Made by a program: the position numbers and the translations under genes. A stretch of DNA of 63,341 nt, the filler included, from Octopus bimaculoides (lineage: Eukaryota): the NCBI RefSeq assembly GCF_001194135.2. It is 5 parts of 5 records of this genome, joined end to end, with 100 filler letters (N's around TTAATTAATTAA, not from the genome) between each part and the next. Parts side by side here need not be neighbours in the genome. Positions count along the whole stretch, not along the records: positions 24,794 to 29,038 come from NW_026393959.1; positions 29,139 to 32,526 come from NC_068987.1; positions 32,627 to 60,194 come from NC_068993.1; 2 more parts are not named here. The stretch is one strand, 5' to 3'. Shown one piece after another: positions 25,674-39,066 of this stretch (its first letter is position 1; every line of letters starts with the position of its first letter). Below the pieces are notes generated by a model. The model worked only from the letters and a program-made list of their open reading frames with translations, was not told the DNA's origin and did no database searches.

Positions 25674-28600
25674 TGGAAAGTAACACAAACTAACGGAAAC
25701 TAACGAAAACTAACGATACTAGCGGAAACTGACAGAAACTAACTGAAGGTAACGGAAAGTAACGGAAACTAACGGAAAGTAAGGAAAAATAGCGAAAGTA
25801 ACAGAAAGTAACGGAAAGTAACCTAAACTAACGCAAAGTAACGGAAACTAACGGAAAGTAACGGGAACTAACGGAAACCAACGTAATGATACGGAAACTA
25901 ACGGAAAGAAACGGAAACTAACGTAATGAAACGAAAACTGACGGAAGTAGCCGAAAAGTAACGGAAACTAACGGAAAGTTACGGAAGCTAAGACAAAGTA
26001 ACGGAAACTAACGGAAACTAACGAGAACTACACTAAACTAACGGAAGGTAACGGAAAGTAACGGAGATCAATTGAAACTAACGGAAACTAAGGGAAAGTA
26101 ACGGAAAGTAACGGAAACNNNNNNNNNNACTAACGGAAACTAACGAGAACTACACTAAACTAACGGAAGGTAACGGAAAGTAACGGAGATCAATTGAAAC
26201 TAACGGAAACTAAGGGAAAGTAACGGAAAGTAACGGAAACTAACGGAAACTAACGGAAACTAACGGACAGTAACTGAAACTAACGGAAACTAACGGAAAC
26301 TAACGGAAACAAACGGAAACTAACTGAATCTAACGGAAAGTAACGGAAAGTAACGGAAAGTAACGGAAAGTAACGTAAACTAATGGAAACTAACGGAAAC
26401 TAGTGGAAACTAACAGAAAGTAACGGAAACTAACATAAACTACGGAAACTAACGGAAGCTAACGGAAACTAACGGAAAATAACGGAAACTAACGGAAACT
26501 AACGGGAAGTAAAGAAAATTAAAGGAAATTAATGAAAACTAACGAAAATAACGGAAACTAACGAGAACTAAAGGAAATTAGGTTTAGGTAAGGTTTAGGG
26601 GTAGGATTAGGGTTAGGGCTTGGGTTAGGATCAGGGTTAGGGTTATGGTTAGCGGTTAGGTGTTAGGGTTAGGGTTAGGGTTACAGAAAGTAACGGAATC
26701 TAACTGAAACTAACGGAAAGTAACGGAAACTGACGGTAGTTAACGGAATTTAACGGAAAGTAACGGAAGCTAACGGACAGAAACGGAAACTAACGGAAAC
26801 TAACGGAAATAAAGGAAACTAACGGAAAGTAACGGAAGCTAACGGAAACTAGCGGAAATAACGGAAACTAACGGAACGTGACGGAAAGTAACGGAAGCTA
26901 ACGCAAACTAACGGAAATAACGGAAACTAACGGAAAGTAACGTAAACTAATGGAAACTAACGGAAACTAGTGGAAACTAACGGAAAGTAACGGAAACTAA
27001 CATAAACTACGGAAACTAACGGAAGCTAACGGAAACTAACGGAAAATAACGGAAACTAATGGAAACTAACGGAAACTAGCGGAAAGTAAACGGAAACTAA
27101 AGGAAACTAACGGAAACTAACGTAAAAATACGGAAAGTAACGGAGAGTAAAGGAAACTAAAGGAAAGTAACGGAAACTAACGGAAATAACGGAAACAAAC
27201 GGAAACTAACTGAATCTAACGGAAACTAACGGAAAGTAACGTAAACTAATGGAAACTAACGGAAACTAGTGGAAACTAACCTAAAATAACGGAAACAAAT
27301 GGAAACTAACGGAAACTAACAGAAAGTAAAGAAAACTAAAGGAAATTAACGAAAACTAACGAAAAGTAACGGAAACTAACGAGAACTAAAGGTAATTAAC
27401 GGAAAGGAACGGAAACTAACGGAAACTAACCGAAACTAACGGAAAATAACTGAAAGTAACGGAAAATAAAGGAAAGTCACGGAAAGTAACGGAAACAAAT
27501 GGAAACTAACGGAAACTAGTGGAAACTAACGGAAAGAAACGGAAACTAACGGAAGCTAACGGAAACTAACGGAAAATAACGGAAACTAATGGAAACTAAC
27601 GGAAACTAGCGGAAAGTAAAGAAAACTAAAGGAAATTAACGAAAACTAACGAAAAGTAACGGAAACTAACGAGAACTAAAGGGAATTAACGGAAAGAAAC
27701 GGAAAGTAACGGAAACTAACGGAAAATAACGGAAAATAACGGAAATAACGGAAACTAAAGGAAAGTCACGGAAACTAAAGGAAAGTCACGGAAAGTAACG
27801 GAAACAAATGGAGACAAACGGAAACTAACGGGAAGTAAAGAAAATTAAAGGAAATTAACGAAAACTAACGAAAAGTAACGGAAACTAACGAGAACTAAAG
27901 GAAATTAACGGAAAGGAACGGAAACTAACGGAAAGTAACGGAAACTAACGGAAAGTAACTGAAACTAACGGAAAGTAACTGAAAATAACGGAAACAAACG
28001 GAAAGAAACGGAAACTAACGGAAATTAACGGAAACTAACGGAAACTAACGGAAAGTAACGGAAACTAACGGAAACTAACGGGAAATAACGGAAACAAACG
28101 GAAACTAACTGAATCTAACGGAAAGTAACGGAAACTAACGGAAACTAACGGAAACTAAGGGAAACTAACGGAAACTAGTGGAAACTAACGGAAAGTAATG
28201 GAAACTAACATAAACTACGGAAACTAACGGAAGCTACGGAAAATAACGGAAAATAACGGAAACTAATGGAAACTAACGGAAACTAACGGAAAGTAAAGAA
28301 AACTAAAGGAAATTAACGAAAACTAACGGAAATTAACGGAAACTAACGGAGACTAACGGAAAATAACGGAATGTCACGAAAACTAACGGAAATTAACGGA
28401 AACTAACGGGAAGTAAAGAAAATTAAAGGAAATTAATGAAAACTAACGAAAAGTAACGGAAACTAACGAGAACTAAAGGAAATTAATGGAAGGGAACGGA
28501 AACTAACGGAAAGTAACGGAAACTAAATGAAACTAACGGAAACTAAATGAAACTAACGGAAAATAACGGAAACTAACGGAAAGTAACGGAAAGTAACGGA

Positions 28601-29038
28601 AACTAACGGAAAATAACGGAAACTAACGGAAAGGAACGGAAACTAACGGAAAGTAACGGAAGGTAACGGAAAGTAACGGAAACTAACGGAAAGTAACGGA
28701 AAGTAACGGAATCTAACGGAAATTAACGGAAACTAACGAAACTAGCGGAAACTGACAGAAACTAACTGAAGGTAACGGAAAGTAACGGAAAGTAAGGAAA
28801 AATAGCGAAAGTAACAGAAAGTAACGGAAAGTAACCTAAACTAACGGAAAGTAACGGAAACTAACGGAAAGTAACGGGAACTAACGGAAACCAACGTAAT
28901 GATACGGAAACTAACGGAAAGAAACGGAAACTAACGTAATGAAACGGAAACTGACGGAAGTAACCGAAAAGTAACGGAAACTAACGGGAAGTAACGGAAG
29001 CTAAGACAAAGTAACGGAAACTAACGGAAACTAACGAG
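25674..29038 (+). repeat. 10-bp satellite (CTAACGGAAA/GTAACGGAAA)n with an embedded telomeric block and higher-order structure
   Basis: Roughly 300 units of the aacggaaa(c/g)t monomer. Confidence 0.95.
26578..26683 (+). repeat. Degenerate (TTAGGG)n block inside the satellite
   Basis: ttaggtttagg..gttagggttagggttagggtta. Confidence 0.9.
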
Positions 29039-29404
29039 NNNNNNNNNNNNNNNNNNNNNNNNNNNNNNNNNNNNNNNNNNNNTTAATTAATTAANNNNNN
29101 NNNNNNNNNNNNNNNNNNNNNNNNNNNNNNNNNNNNNNTCTTTTTCAGACTGGAGCGAACATGTTACAATGAAGTAGAGAAATTTGAAAAGACAACACGA
29201 AACCGGTTATTTCTCAAAATACAATGTTTATATACCAAAAAGATTTTATAACATTTTTATAACATTTTTCTGACATAATTTAAATATATACTTTAACCAT
29301 GTAACACAAGCCTTCTGTAGTTTTTTCACTCTTATTATCTTTTATACATCCAACCACGTGCTTTCACATATCAACTTTCTCACCTATATATATATATATA
29401 TATA

Positions 29405-29570
29405 TATACAACAGGCTTCTTTCAATTTCCGTCTACCAAATCCACTCACAAAGATTTGGTCGGCCCGAGACTATAGTAGAAGACACCCAAGGTGCCACCC
29501 AGTGGGACTGAATCCGGAACCATGTGGTAAGTAAACTGCAAGTTACTTACCACACAGCCACTCCTGCGCC
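29405..29570 (-). mobile_element. SINE family A, 5' half
   Basis: caggcttctttcaatttccgtctaccaaatccactcac..cccagtgggactgaatccggaaccatgtgg. Confidence 0.85.
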
Positions 29571-29940
29571 TCATTAGTCAATGATATGATTTCTTTTCTT
29601 TTAGTTTTTTTATAAAGGGTGCAGCAAAAATAGTTCTTCCATTTACCAATCTTAATAAAGGTTTTTAAAGAAATGCATAAAGAAGACACAAAGGTTTGAG
29701 CAATAATTTTAGAAGACCAACAACAATGAAACTATAGCTATATGAACACATCATTATTCACTACTCAACTTTAATAACATTGTATCAACGACGAGGTAAA
29801 ATATGGCGAATTTTTCTGCCGTATTCTGTGTATTAACTATTATATAAATTGAAGGTTTTACTCTATTAACCTAGATTTATCTTTTCGTTCCATCTATGGA
29901 ATTTAATCTGTAGCTTTAACTATAGACATTTTCTTGTATT

Positions 29941-30140
29941 TTTTGCTAGATTTTGCCAATATATTTTCCACTCTGGTTTTTGTATTATTTAGCCTATACT
30001 TTGGCTTATAGATTTCTGAGAGATTTGAGCTTTTCTTTGTACGTTTTGCTAGATTTTGCCTATAGATTTGAGACTCTGGTTTTTGTATTATTTTCCTATA
30101 CTTTTGCTTATAGATTTCTGAGAGATTTTAGCTCGTTTTC
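29941..30140. repeat. ~103-bp tandem duplication
   Basis: ttttgctagattttgcc..ctctggtttttgtattatttt..cttatagatttctgagagattt begins at 29941 and again at 30044. Confidence 0.8.
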
Positions 30141-30329
30141 ATCAGTAGATATTCCATTATTTGACCTATTATAGTATAGTATAATACGATATATAATATG
30201 CACCGAGCGCCTATATGAGATGATCTCTCAAGGCTAACAGCGCAGTATCCAGCGTTCTAACAAGGCGTCCATGTTTAGTTGGATATAAAGATTACTTTTT
30301 GGTAATAATACTGCTATCATCACTAATAT

Positions 30330-30360
<31 letters not shown>

Positions 30361-31031
30361 CATATATATATATAACGTCCTGTACCCTGATATGCATGTA
30401 TATACACATGTAGATGTAAGTATGTACATATATGTGTGTATACATGTATATATATTCTTTGTATTATTACATTATTGAACGCACACGTCCTATTTTGCAT
30501 ATATATANNNNNNNNNNNNNNNNNNNNNNNNNNNNNNNNNNNNNNNNNNNNNNNNNNNNNNNNNNNNNNNNNNNNNNNNNNNNNNNNNNNNNNNNNNNNN
30601 NNNNNNNNNNNNNNNNNNNNNNNNNNNNNNNNNNNNNNNNNNNNNNNNNNNNNNNNNNNNNNNNNNNNNNNNNNNNNNNNNNNNNNNNNNNNNNNNNNNN
30701 NNNNNNNNNNNNNNNNNNNNNNNNNNNNNNNNNNNNNNNNNNNNNNNNNNNNNNNNNNNNNNNNNNNNNNNNNNNNNNNNNNNNNNNNNNNNNNNNNNNN
30801 NNNNNNNNNNNNNNNNNNNNNNNNNNNNNNNNNNNNNNNNNNNNNNNNNNNNNNNNNNNNNNNNNNNNNNNNNNNNNNNNNNNNNNNNNNNNNNNNNNNN
30901 NNNNNNNNNNNNNNNNNNNNNNNNNNNNNNNNNNNNNNNNNNNNNNNNNNNNNNNNNNNNNNNNNNNNNNNNNNNNNNNNNNNNNNNNNNNNNNNNNNNN
31001 NNNNNNNNNNNNNNNNNNNNNNNNNNNNNNN

Positions 31032-31076
<45 letters not shown>

Positions 31077-31459
31077 AAGTGTGTATTTGTATCGTGACGG
31101 TTAAATACACTTTTCTATTTCCCTATTTTCGTTCTCCATTCTTTTCTCCCCTTGTCTTTCCTATTTTTCAGAAGAAGACTGAATACCCAAAACGTAAGTG
31201 ACATTCTCTTCCCTTTATTTATTTATTTATTGCCCTTTCTTGAGCGTCTATCTCATACATTCTGTATTTACTTTCTTGTTTACCTCGTCTCTATGTTGAA
31301 TTTTTTCCCTCTATACATAGAATATAACCATATACGTAAGCCAGGACCGCCTTCGTAGCATTATAGACCCTCCTCACCGGGAAAATCAAAAAACTTGTTC
31401 TTATAGTAGGCATTCACTGTCAGTAAACCGCAGCATAGATCATGATTAAGCCTCTTGGC

Positions 31460-31836
31460 CAGTGGTTCCCAATCAGGGTCCATTTGGCCCCTTTGGATCC
31501 ATATGTTCCCGAGGGTCCGTATAAGATTTTTGGGGTCCCATGCAACGAGATAGTTAATTGGGGAGCCACAATGGTATTTTAAGGGCCTCTGACAAAATTT
31601 TGTTTTAAATATATATGTATTGGTATTTATTGCAAGAATCAGCTAGGTTTCTGTTTCTAACATTTTACGTAGTTCAACCAACACAAGTTAACGTGTGAAA
31701 AACAAAATAGGAATTTTGAAAGAAGGTTCTATAAAACTAGTTTTTAAACATTGAATGACTACGGGTGGGGGGCACCAGAATAAAATAGTACTCAAAGGGG
31801 TCCATAGATAACAAATGTTTAAGAACCCCCCCTCTG
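31460..31836. mobile_element. hAT/Charlie-like MITE (degenerate)
   Basis: Starts CAGTGGTTCCCAA and ends ..gtttaagaacccc..; gggtcc motifs recur subterminally. TSD not resolved. Confidence 0.45.
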
Positions 31837-32269
31837 GCACTTGTATTTATGTATATACAAATAAACATACATGTGTATGCTTATGCGCATATTTACATGT
31901 ACACGTACATTAATCATAATTTCCCTCGTGTTATACTGTAAATATCTATTTCTTTGACCTGAATCTCTCTATCTTTCCATACACCCATCACCACCGCATC
32001 ACCCATATTTATTCACCACACATATTTATAGCTACTTACATACAAGGTCATATATAATGAGTAATATATCTGCGTTTTCAAATAAAAATGATTTAAATTT
32101 ATGAGTTCTGTCTGTTGTTTCGTTGTTTTCTGCAAATAACGACGCAAATTGTCAGAAAAGTAACAAATTACGAATAGAAAATAAATAGCAAGAGCAAAAC
32201 AAAAACAAAAACTATGTCTTTTCTTAAATAATAATAATAATAATAATAATCAATGGTTTTAAATTTAGG

Positions 32270-32460
32270 CATAACGCCAGCAATTTTGAGGGGAGGGGCC
32301 ATTAGGTAACATTGATTTCAGTATTCAACTGGTATTTATTCTATGAATCCATCCAGAACGGATGAAAGGCGAAGTCGACTTCAGTAGTAATTGAACTTAT
32401 GACGTGACGAATCGGAAGAAATCACGTGAAGTACCTTGACTTGGTAATTATTCAACAAGC
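32270..32460 (-). mobile_element. SINE family B, degenerate
   Basis: actggtatttattc..ggatgaaaggcgaagtcgacttc is the reverse complement of the central domain. Confidence 0.65.
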
Positions 32461-32629
32461 TCGCCAACACTGTGCAATAAAAAATTAATTTTTATTAGTT
32501 TTTGTCTTTGCTCAATAAGTGTTAGTNNNNNNNNNNNNNNNNNNNNNNNNNNNNNNNNNNNNNNNNNNNNTTAATTAATTAANNNNNNNNNNNNNNNNNN
32601 NNNNNNNNNNNNNNNNNNNNNNNNNNTTT

Positions 32630-32815
32630 ATGTAGGTATTCTCATGCATATAGTTGCATATCTAGACATGCTCATATATATTCAAATGATAAACTTCTGT
32701 GATGGATTGGATCTGTAGTCTTTGAATTAGCTTTCTCCTTACTGGTTTTGAGAAGCCTAATTTCTCAAGATTGGTATTTCGGCAGTGCGTTACATATCCC
32801 AGGGCACCAGTATTG
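32630..32815 (-). mobile_element. R4-clade element extreme 3' ORF fragment (same family as 6543-7885)
   Basis: TGALGYVTHCRNTNLEKLGFSKPVRRKLIQRLQIQSI; DNA matches 7720-7880. Confidence 0.8.
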
Positions 32816-32954
32816 TATGTATATATGTTTGTATGTATGTATGTATGTATGCATGCATGTATGTAGGTATGTATGTATGTATGTATGTATGTATTAAACT
32901 GCACCATAATAGAATCTTCAGTAAAACATGTTTGAAATATATTTCTTTGCATAG

Positions 32955-33120
32955 GGGTTAAAAAGTTTGCTTCCCAACCACATGTGTTTGGGTGCAATCC
33001 CACTGTACAGCAGTTTGGGTTAGTGTCTTCTACTATAACCCCACACTAACAAAAGCCTTCTGCTGCCTTGTGAGAGAATTTGGTGGATAGAACCTGAAAG
33101 AATCCTGTAATATATGTGTA
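32955..33120 (+). mobile_element. SINE family A, 5' half
   Basis: ggttaaaaagtttgcttcccaaccacatg..gtgtcttctactata. Confidence 0.75.
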
Positions 33121-33139
33121 TGTATATTATCTTTTATCT

Positions 33140-33357
33140 TTTACTTGTTTCAGTCATTAGACTGCGACCATGCAGGGGCACCACCTTGAAGAAATTTTAG
33201 TTGAATGAATTGATCTCAGTATACCTGGTATCTGTTCTATCAATCTTTTTTTACCAAACTGCTAAGTTACAGGTACGTAAACACACCAACACTGGCTGTC
33301 AAGCAGTGGTGGTTGACAAGCACAGACACAAATACACAAAAGCACATAGATACATGC

Positions 33358-33390
<33 letters not shown>

Positions 33391-33552
33391 CGACAGGCTT
33401 CTTTCGGTTTCCGTCTTCTAAATAAACTCAAGGTTTTGGTTGGCCCAAGGCTATAGTAGAAGACATTTGGCCAATGTGCCACACAGTGGGATTGAACCCA
33501 GAACCATGTGGTTGGGAAGCAAGTATCTTACCACACAGCCACACCTGCGCCT
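33140..33552 (-). mobile_element. SINE family A, full length
   Basis: Head, CORE-like block, microsatellite and tail (acttgtttcagtcattagactgcgaccatg) all present. Confidence 0.9.
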
Positions 33553-35324
33553 ATATATATAATTATAATCATTTTTTAATAAGCCCACTGAGTATTCATC
33601 ACACTGTTTACTCACTGTGGTTTGACATATATTGCTAGCAGAGATATTGCTGCTTGTTCTTGCCCTGAATATCTATCATTGACACGGTCAAGGAAGGCTG
33701 AAATCATGTGATTTGGCAGTTGCAGTATTGATGATGGCAGGTGATTTATCTTGCCACTAGCAATATAAACAAGAGTGCTTATATGCACCAAAAGCCAATA
33801 TGAGAGTGTCTCTCATTGTAACTATTGCAGTATTTTGTCTTTTAATACAACACCCACATTTAAGCAGGGAATAAATATTAACTTTCAGTATAAATACTGC
33901 TTCTCTCACTAATAATTACACACACATACGCATATATGGTGAGAAAGGATCTAGAGACGCTGGGACCCGCAGAAGGGATGACAGGTGAGTGAGACTCCTG
34001 GTGGTTTGCTGTGCTTCAAAAGACACGTCAAACTAAGTAAAAGCATGCTTGCCCCTGGGTAAAGGCTCATCTCCTGCACCCCTCTCCATCTCTACATTCT
34101 TAATCTTGTGGATACGTATTTGCTTGTGCCACATAAATGCACCCAACTGGTACTGCATAAAAGCCCTCAGCATGCTGCCCTAACCACTGGGCCATTGCGC
34201 CTCCACAATGTGTGTGTGTGTGTGTATATNNNNNNNNNNNNNNNNNNNNNNNNNNNNNNNNNNNNNNNNNNNNNNNNNNNNNNNNNNNNNNNNNNNNNNN
34301 NNNNNNNNNNNNNNNNNNNNNNNNNNNNNNNNNNNNNNNNNNNNNNNNNNNNNNNNNNNATGTTACAGTACATGACATTTTTCAGTTCCTGTCTTCTAAA
34401 TTCACTCACTAGGATTTTGTCAGTCTGGTGTTATAGTAGAAGACATTTGTCCGAGGTGCTACACAGCAGAACTGAACCTGAAGGCTCATAGGTGGAAAGG
34501 AATTTCTTAACTGCATAGAGATGCCTGTGCATGTGTGTGTGTGTGTGAGTTTGTCTGTGTACACATGCACACACACACAAACATTATATATATATATATG
34601 GCTTGTTATTGTATTTTATTTCACAAAATGAGAATTTTCTTCCTTTATTTTTTCTTTATTATAACCAATTCCACTAAAAAAAAAGAAATCAAAAAAAAAA
34701 GGAAGAAAATGAGAAACAATTATCGCCGTCAGTCTCCCAGTCACGGTAACAGGTCTTCAGTCAACAGTCTCTGCCATTCTTAATGGTTCAGCAGATTTCG
34801 GCATATATTCCAGACATTTCCCCAGTCTGCTGATGGGATAGTCACAGAAGGATAAGATCAATTGCTATAACTAAGGAAATAATTTATTTGCTTAATGAAT
34901 CACTGAAGAATTCCTGTAACACAAAACCTTTGGTAAGTTCTTTAGGAATGGTTTTTTAGGAGAATAAAAAAGAAATAATAAAACCACATAAATTCTTGAG
35001 TCAACAAATTCAGTAATAAGTAGGAAACATGGAATTGGCACAACTTATATTCTGTTGAGAATTATACCATTTTTCTTTCTGCTTCTTTGATAGATATTCC
35101 TTCTATTTTTGTTATATTTTATGTTCATCTGATATGGGTTGGATAAGTCAACAAATTTTCACAATTGTATAATTTATTGGAATAACAAATTGGCAGAGTT
35201 GTTAGAACATTGAATAATGTTTTAACAACGATACATTATACAAAGACACATTATACTGCCTGGTTCAGGAAATGAACTGACAACATCATGTTCATGAAGT
35301 CAATGTTTTAACCACTGAGGCAAT

Positions 35325-35760
35325 AGTCTGGCAGAAATCGTTAGCACGCTGGGCAAAATGCTTTGTTGCATTTCATTCATCTGTACATTCTGAGTTCAAA
35401 TTCCACCAAGGTAGATTTTGCCTTTCATTCTTTCAGGGTCAATGAATTAAGTACCAGTTGAGCACTAGGGTCGATGCAATTGACTAACCCCCTCCGGTTG
35501 CTGACCTTTGTACTACAATATGAAACCATTATTTGTGGTTAAAAGGCGGGGTGCTGGCAGAATCATTAGCACACTGGACAAAATGTTTAGCGGCATTTCA
35601 TCGTTCCTTACGTTCTCAGTTCAAATTCCACCAAGGTTGACTTTGCCTCTCATCCTTTCAGGGTTGTTGAAATAAGTACCAGTTGAGCACTGGGGTTGAT
35701 ACAATTGACTCACACCCTTCCGCCAAATTGCCAGCCATGTGCCAAAATCTGAAACCAAAA
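35325..35760 (+). mobile_element. Two tandem SINE family B copies (35325-35510, 35546-35760)
   Basis: Both contain ggcagaa..ttagcac..gagttcaaattccaccaagg..ctttgcct..catcctttcaggg. Confidence 0.85.
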
Positions 35761-36204
35761 TTCTAATCACTAGACTATGCACATTTATGACTAAATCTGT
35801 GGCTGTTAAAAATAATATTGTCTCAAGCAAGGACTGAAGGGTCCTTTCTGATCTGTATCAGTCCTTATTTAGAGTTATTGTCCCCCCATCCTAGATCAAT
35901 CATCTGGGAAGTAGCTTAGGGAATCCAGCCCTTGTTTCCTTGTTTTGGGTGTGGTTTTGGTCTAATGTTTACGGTTGGATGTTTTTCCTGTTACCAATAA
36001 TTTTCTAAAGAGAACTGAGTGAATTTTATCAGGCATGACAAAGACATAAATATGTGTATGAGTGTGTGTGTGCATATGTGTGTGTGTGTGAATGTGTGAG
36101 TGTGTTTGTTTGTGTGTGTGTGTGTGCAGATATCATATCTATACATATATATGTGTATATAATCAGATATGTATGCATGCACACACACACACACATATAT
36201 ATAC

Positions 36205-36285
36205 ACACACACATGTATACTTATATACACACATATATATATCTGCGTATCTATTTATTTCTCTTTCTCTCTCTCAATGTGTATA

Positions 36286-36332
<47 letters not shown>

Positions 36333-36405
36333 GCACATGTATACTTATATACACACACATATATATCTGCGTATCTATTTATTTCTCTCTCTCTCTCTCA
36401 ACGTG

Positions 36406-36439
<34 letters not shown>

Positions 36440-36440
36440 A
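36205..36440. repeat. ~125-bp tandem duplication of a microsatellite-rich unit
   Basis: catgtatacttatatacac..atctgcgtatctatttatttctct..ctcaa occurs twice. Confidence 0.75.
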
Positions 36441-36525
36441 TATACACACACACATACACATAAATACATACATATATATATATATTAATATATACAAACA
36501 CATAAATACATACACACATATATAT

Positions 36526-36568
<43 letters not shown>

Positions 36569-37575
36569 CACATAGATGCATACATACACACACATATATA
36601 CACACACACACATACACATGTAAGCATATATTTATATATATTTTTCTTGGGCATACATCTAGGAACATGAGTGTGTGTGTGTGCATGCGTGCGTGTAAAA
36701 AGACTTGTAAGAAGAAGAACAACAACAGCTCAAATTCCCCATCAAGCAGTGGGCCAATTTGTCACATGACACCTTGTAATGTTCAGAGCAGAATTTGATT
36801 ATTCCATATCAGTGTAAACTGTAATTATATATGTAATTAGAATATCGCTTAATTTCTTATAATCACTTTTAATTTAATTTGCCAGAAACATACACACACA
36901 CACACATGCGTACATGTGCTCACTCACGCATTCACACAAAAGAGCATGCATTAATCTATGAAGGCATGCATTCATTTATTTATTCCCTATGTCGTTCTCA
37001 TGTATTCTCTTACATACATGTTTAAATGCATACATGTTCATAAGCATACAGCGAAATATAATTTCATATACACTCATAATATATACACTGGCGCATTCTT
37101 TCATTTACTTTCTTTTTCTTTGTGTATTCGCCTCTTCTCTTTCTTTTCCTATGCATACATGTGTGTGCATACATACATACATCTATATATGTATAAATAT
37201 ATACAAACACATACACATATATTTTCATACATACACACACACATATATATCTGTATATATATGTGTGTATATACATACACTGTTACATATAAATACAAGC
37301 ACATGCATATATATATATATATATATATATATANNNNNNNNNNNNNNNNNNNNNNNNNNNNNNNNNNNNNNNNNNNNNNNNNNNNNNNNNNNNNNNNNNN
37401 NNNNNNNNNNNNNNNNNNNNNNNNNNNNNNNNNNNNNNNNNNNNNNNNNNNNNNNNNNNATATATATATTTATGTTTATATATATATATATATATTTATG
37501 TTTATATATATATATATATTTATGTTTATATATATATATATATTTATGTTTATATATATATATATATATTTATGT

Positions 37576-37606
<31 letters not shown>

Positions 37607-37854
37607 AGTGTGTATATATATGTGAGTGTACATGTATAGCTTTCCCTTCTCGCTCTTTTAGATAGATATACACATAAATACATGCATATTCAGTCACATA
37701 TAATTATATATCAGCTCATGTATTGAACACTCTCACAAAATATATGCATCACATATTAAGAAAAACATGCATACACAATTACTTATATTCATACAAACAC
37801 ACAGACACACACACAAACATATATATATATATATATATGTATATACTTTTACCT

Positions 37855-38067
37855 TTTTACTTGTTTCAGTCATTTTGATTGTGACCATGCTGGAGCACTG
37901 CCTTTTAAAGGAAGAAATCGACACCTGCACTTATTCTTTGTAAATTCTGGTGCTTATTCTATCGGTCTCTTTTGCCAAATGGCTAAGTTACAGGGATGTA
38001 AACACAACATTGGTTGTCAAGCGATGGTGGAGGGACAAACACAGACACAGACACACAAATACATACG

Positions 38068-38123
<56 letters not shown>

Positions 38124-38220
38124 ACAGGCTTCTTTCAGTCTCTGTCTGCCAAATCCACTCACAAGGCTTTGGTCGGTTTGAGGCTATAGAAGAAGACACT
38201 TGCCCAAGGTGCCACACCAT
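37855..38220 (-). mobile_element. SINE family A (head truncated)
   Basis: acttgtttcagtc..gaccatgctggagcactgcc through gaagacacttgcccaaggtgccacac. Confidence 0.88.
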
Positions 38221-38395
38221 TAGCTTCAAGCATACAGTGACATAAAAGCGCAAGACCACATGAACACATGCAAACACAGCTACTCTCGCTAAGTGTGATA
38301 CCCTTATATGTACCAATACATAATACAGTCTGTATAAGCAGATCTGTATGAACAAATAACATGGTCTACATGTACTATATATATATATATATATG

Positions 38396-38434
<39 letters not shown>

Positions 38435-38436
<2 letters not shown>

Positions 38437-38745
38437 AGGCACAATGGCCCAGAGGTTAGGGCAGCGGACTCGCGGTCGGAGGATCGCGATTTTGATTCCC
38501 AGACCAGGCGTTGTGTGTGTTTATTGAGTGAAAACATCAAAAGCTCCACGAGGCTCCGGCAGGGGATGGCGGCGAACCTTGTTGTACTCTTTCGCCCCAA
38601 CTTTCTCTCACTCTTTCTTCCTGTTTCTTGAGTAAAGCTGCAATGGACTGGCGTCCCGTCCAGCTGGGGAGAACACATACGCCATAGAAACCGGGAAACC
38701 GGGTCCATGTGCCTCGCTAGGCTTTAAAGGGGCGCATAAATTAAA
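38435..38745 (+). mobile_element. tRNA-derived SINE (head X, tail shared with the 47475 copy)
   Basis: A-box tggcccagagg, B-box-like ttttgattccc; tail gtcccgtccagctgggg..gaaaccgggaaaccggg. Confidence 0.85.
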
Positions 38746-38757
38746 AATTAATATATT

Positions 38758-39066
38758 TTAGCGCCTTCAGACTATCATCTCTTCGGCCCTATGAAAGAGG
38801 GTTTGAGAGGCAAACATTATTCCAGTGACGAAGTGAAATCTGTAGTGAAGAAGTGGCTCAAAGAACAGTCAATAGAATTTTACGGAGCAGGGATACATGC
38901 GCTCATTCGAAGGTGGAACATTGCCACTGAGAGAAACGATGACTATATTGAGAGTTGGGATGTGATCCACAGAGGATCAGCTTCGTTTCGATGTATGATA
39001 CATATTCCTGTGTTGCTAATTATACCTGTCCTAAATAAAATGGCATTACTTTTTGACTCACCCTCG
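38758..39066 (+). mobile_element. Mariner transposon 3' fragment with terminal inverted repeat
   Basis: LAPSDYHLFGPMKEGLRGKHYSS..AGIHALIRRWNIA is a mariner DD34D C-terminus; ends ttacttttTGACTCACCCTCG followed by TA. Confidence 0.9.

Noticed and set aside
25674-29038. CRISPR array or ETS-site array reading of the satellite
   Set aside because: There are no unique spacers or cas genes and the context is eukaryotic; monomers mostly lack the full CCGGAAGT consensus.
33620-33770. Short inverted repeat (atattgctag/ctagcaatat) as a snoRNA or MITE
   Set aside because: No correctly placed C/D or H/ACA boxes and no TSD.
33940-34000. Exon ending at the strong donor ACAG|GTGAGT with a collagen-like start (GEKGSR)
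   Set aside because: The G-X-Y periodicity breaks immediately and no acceptor or partner exons are found.
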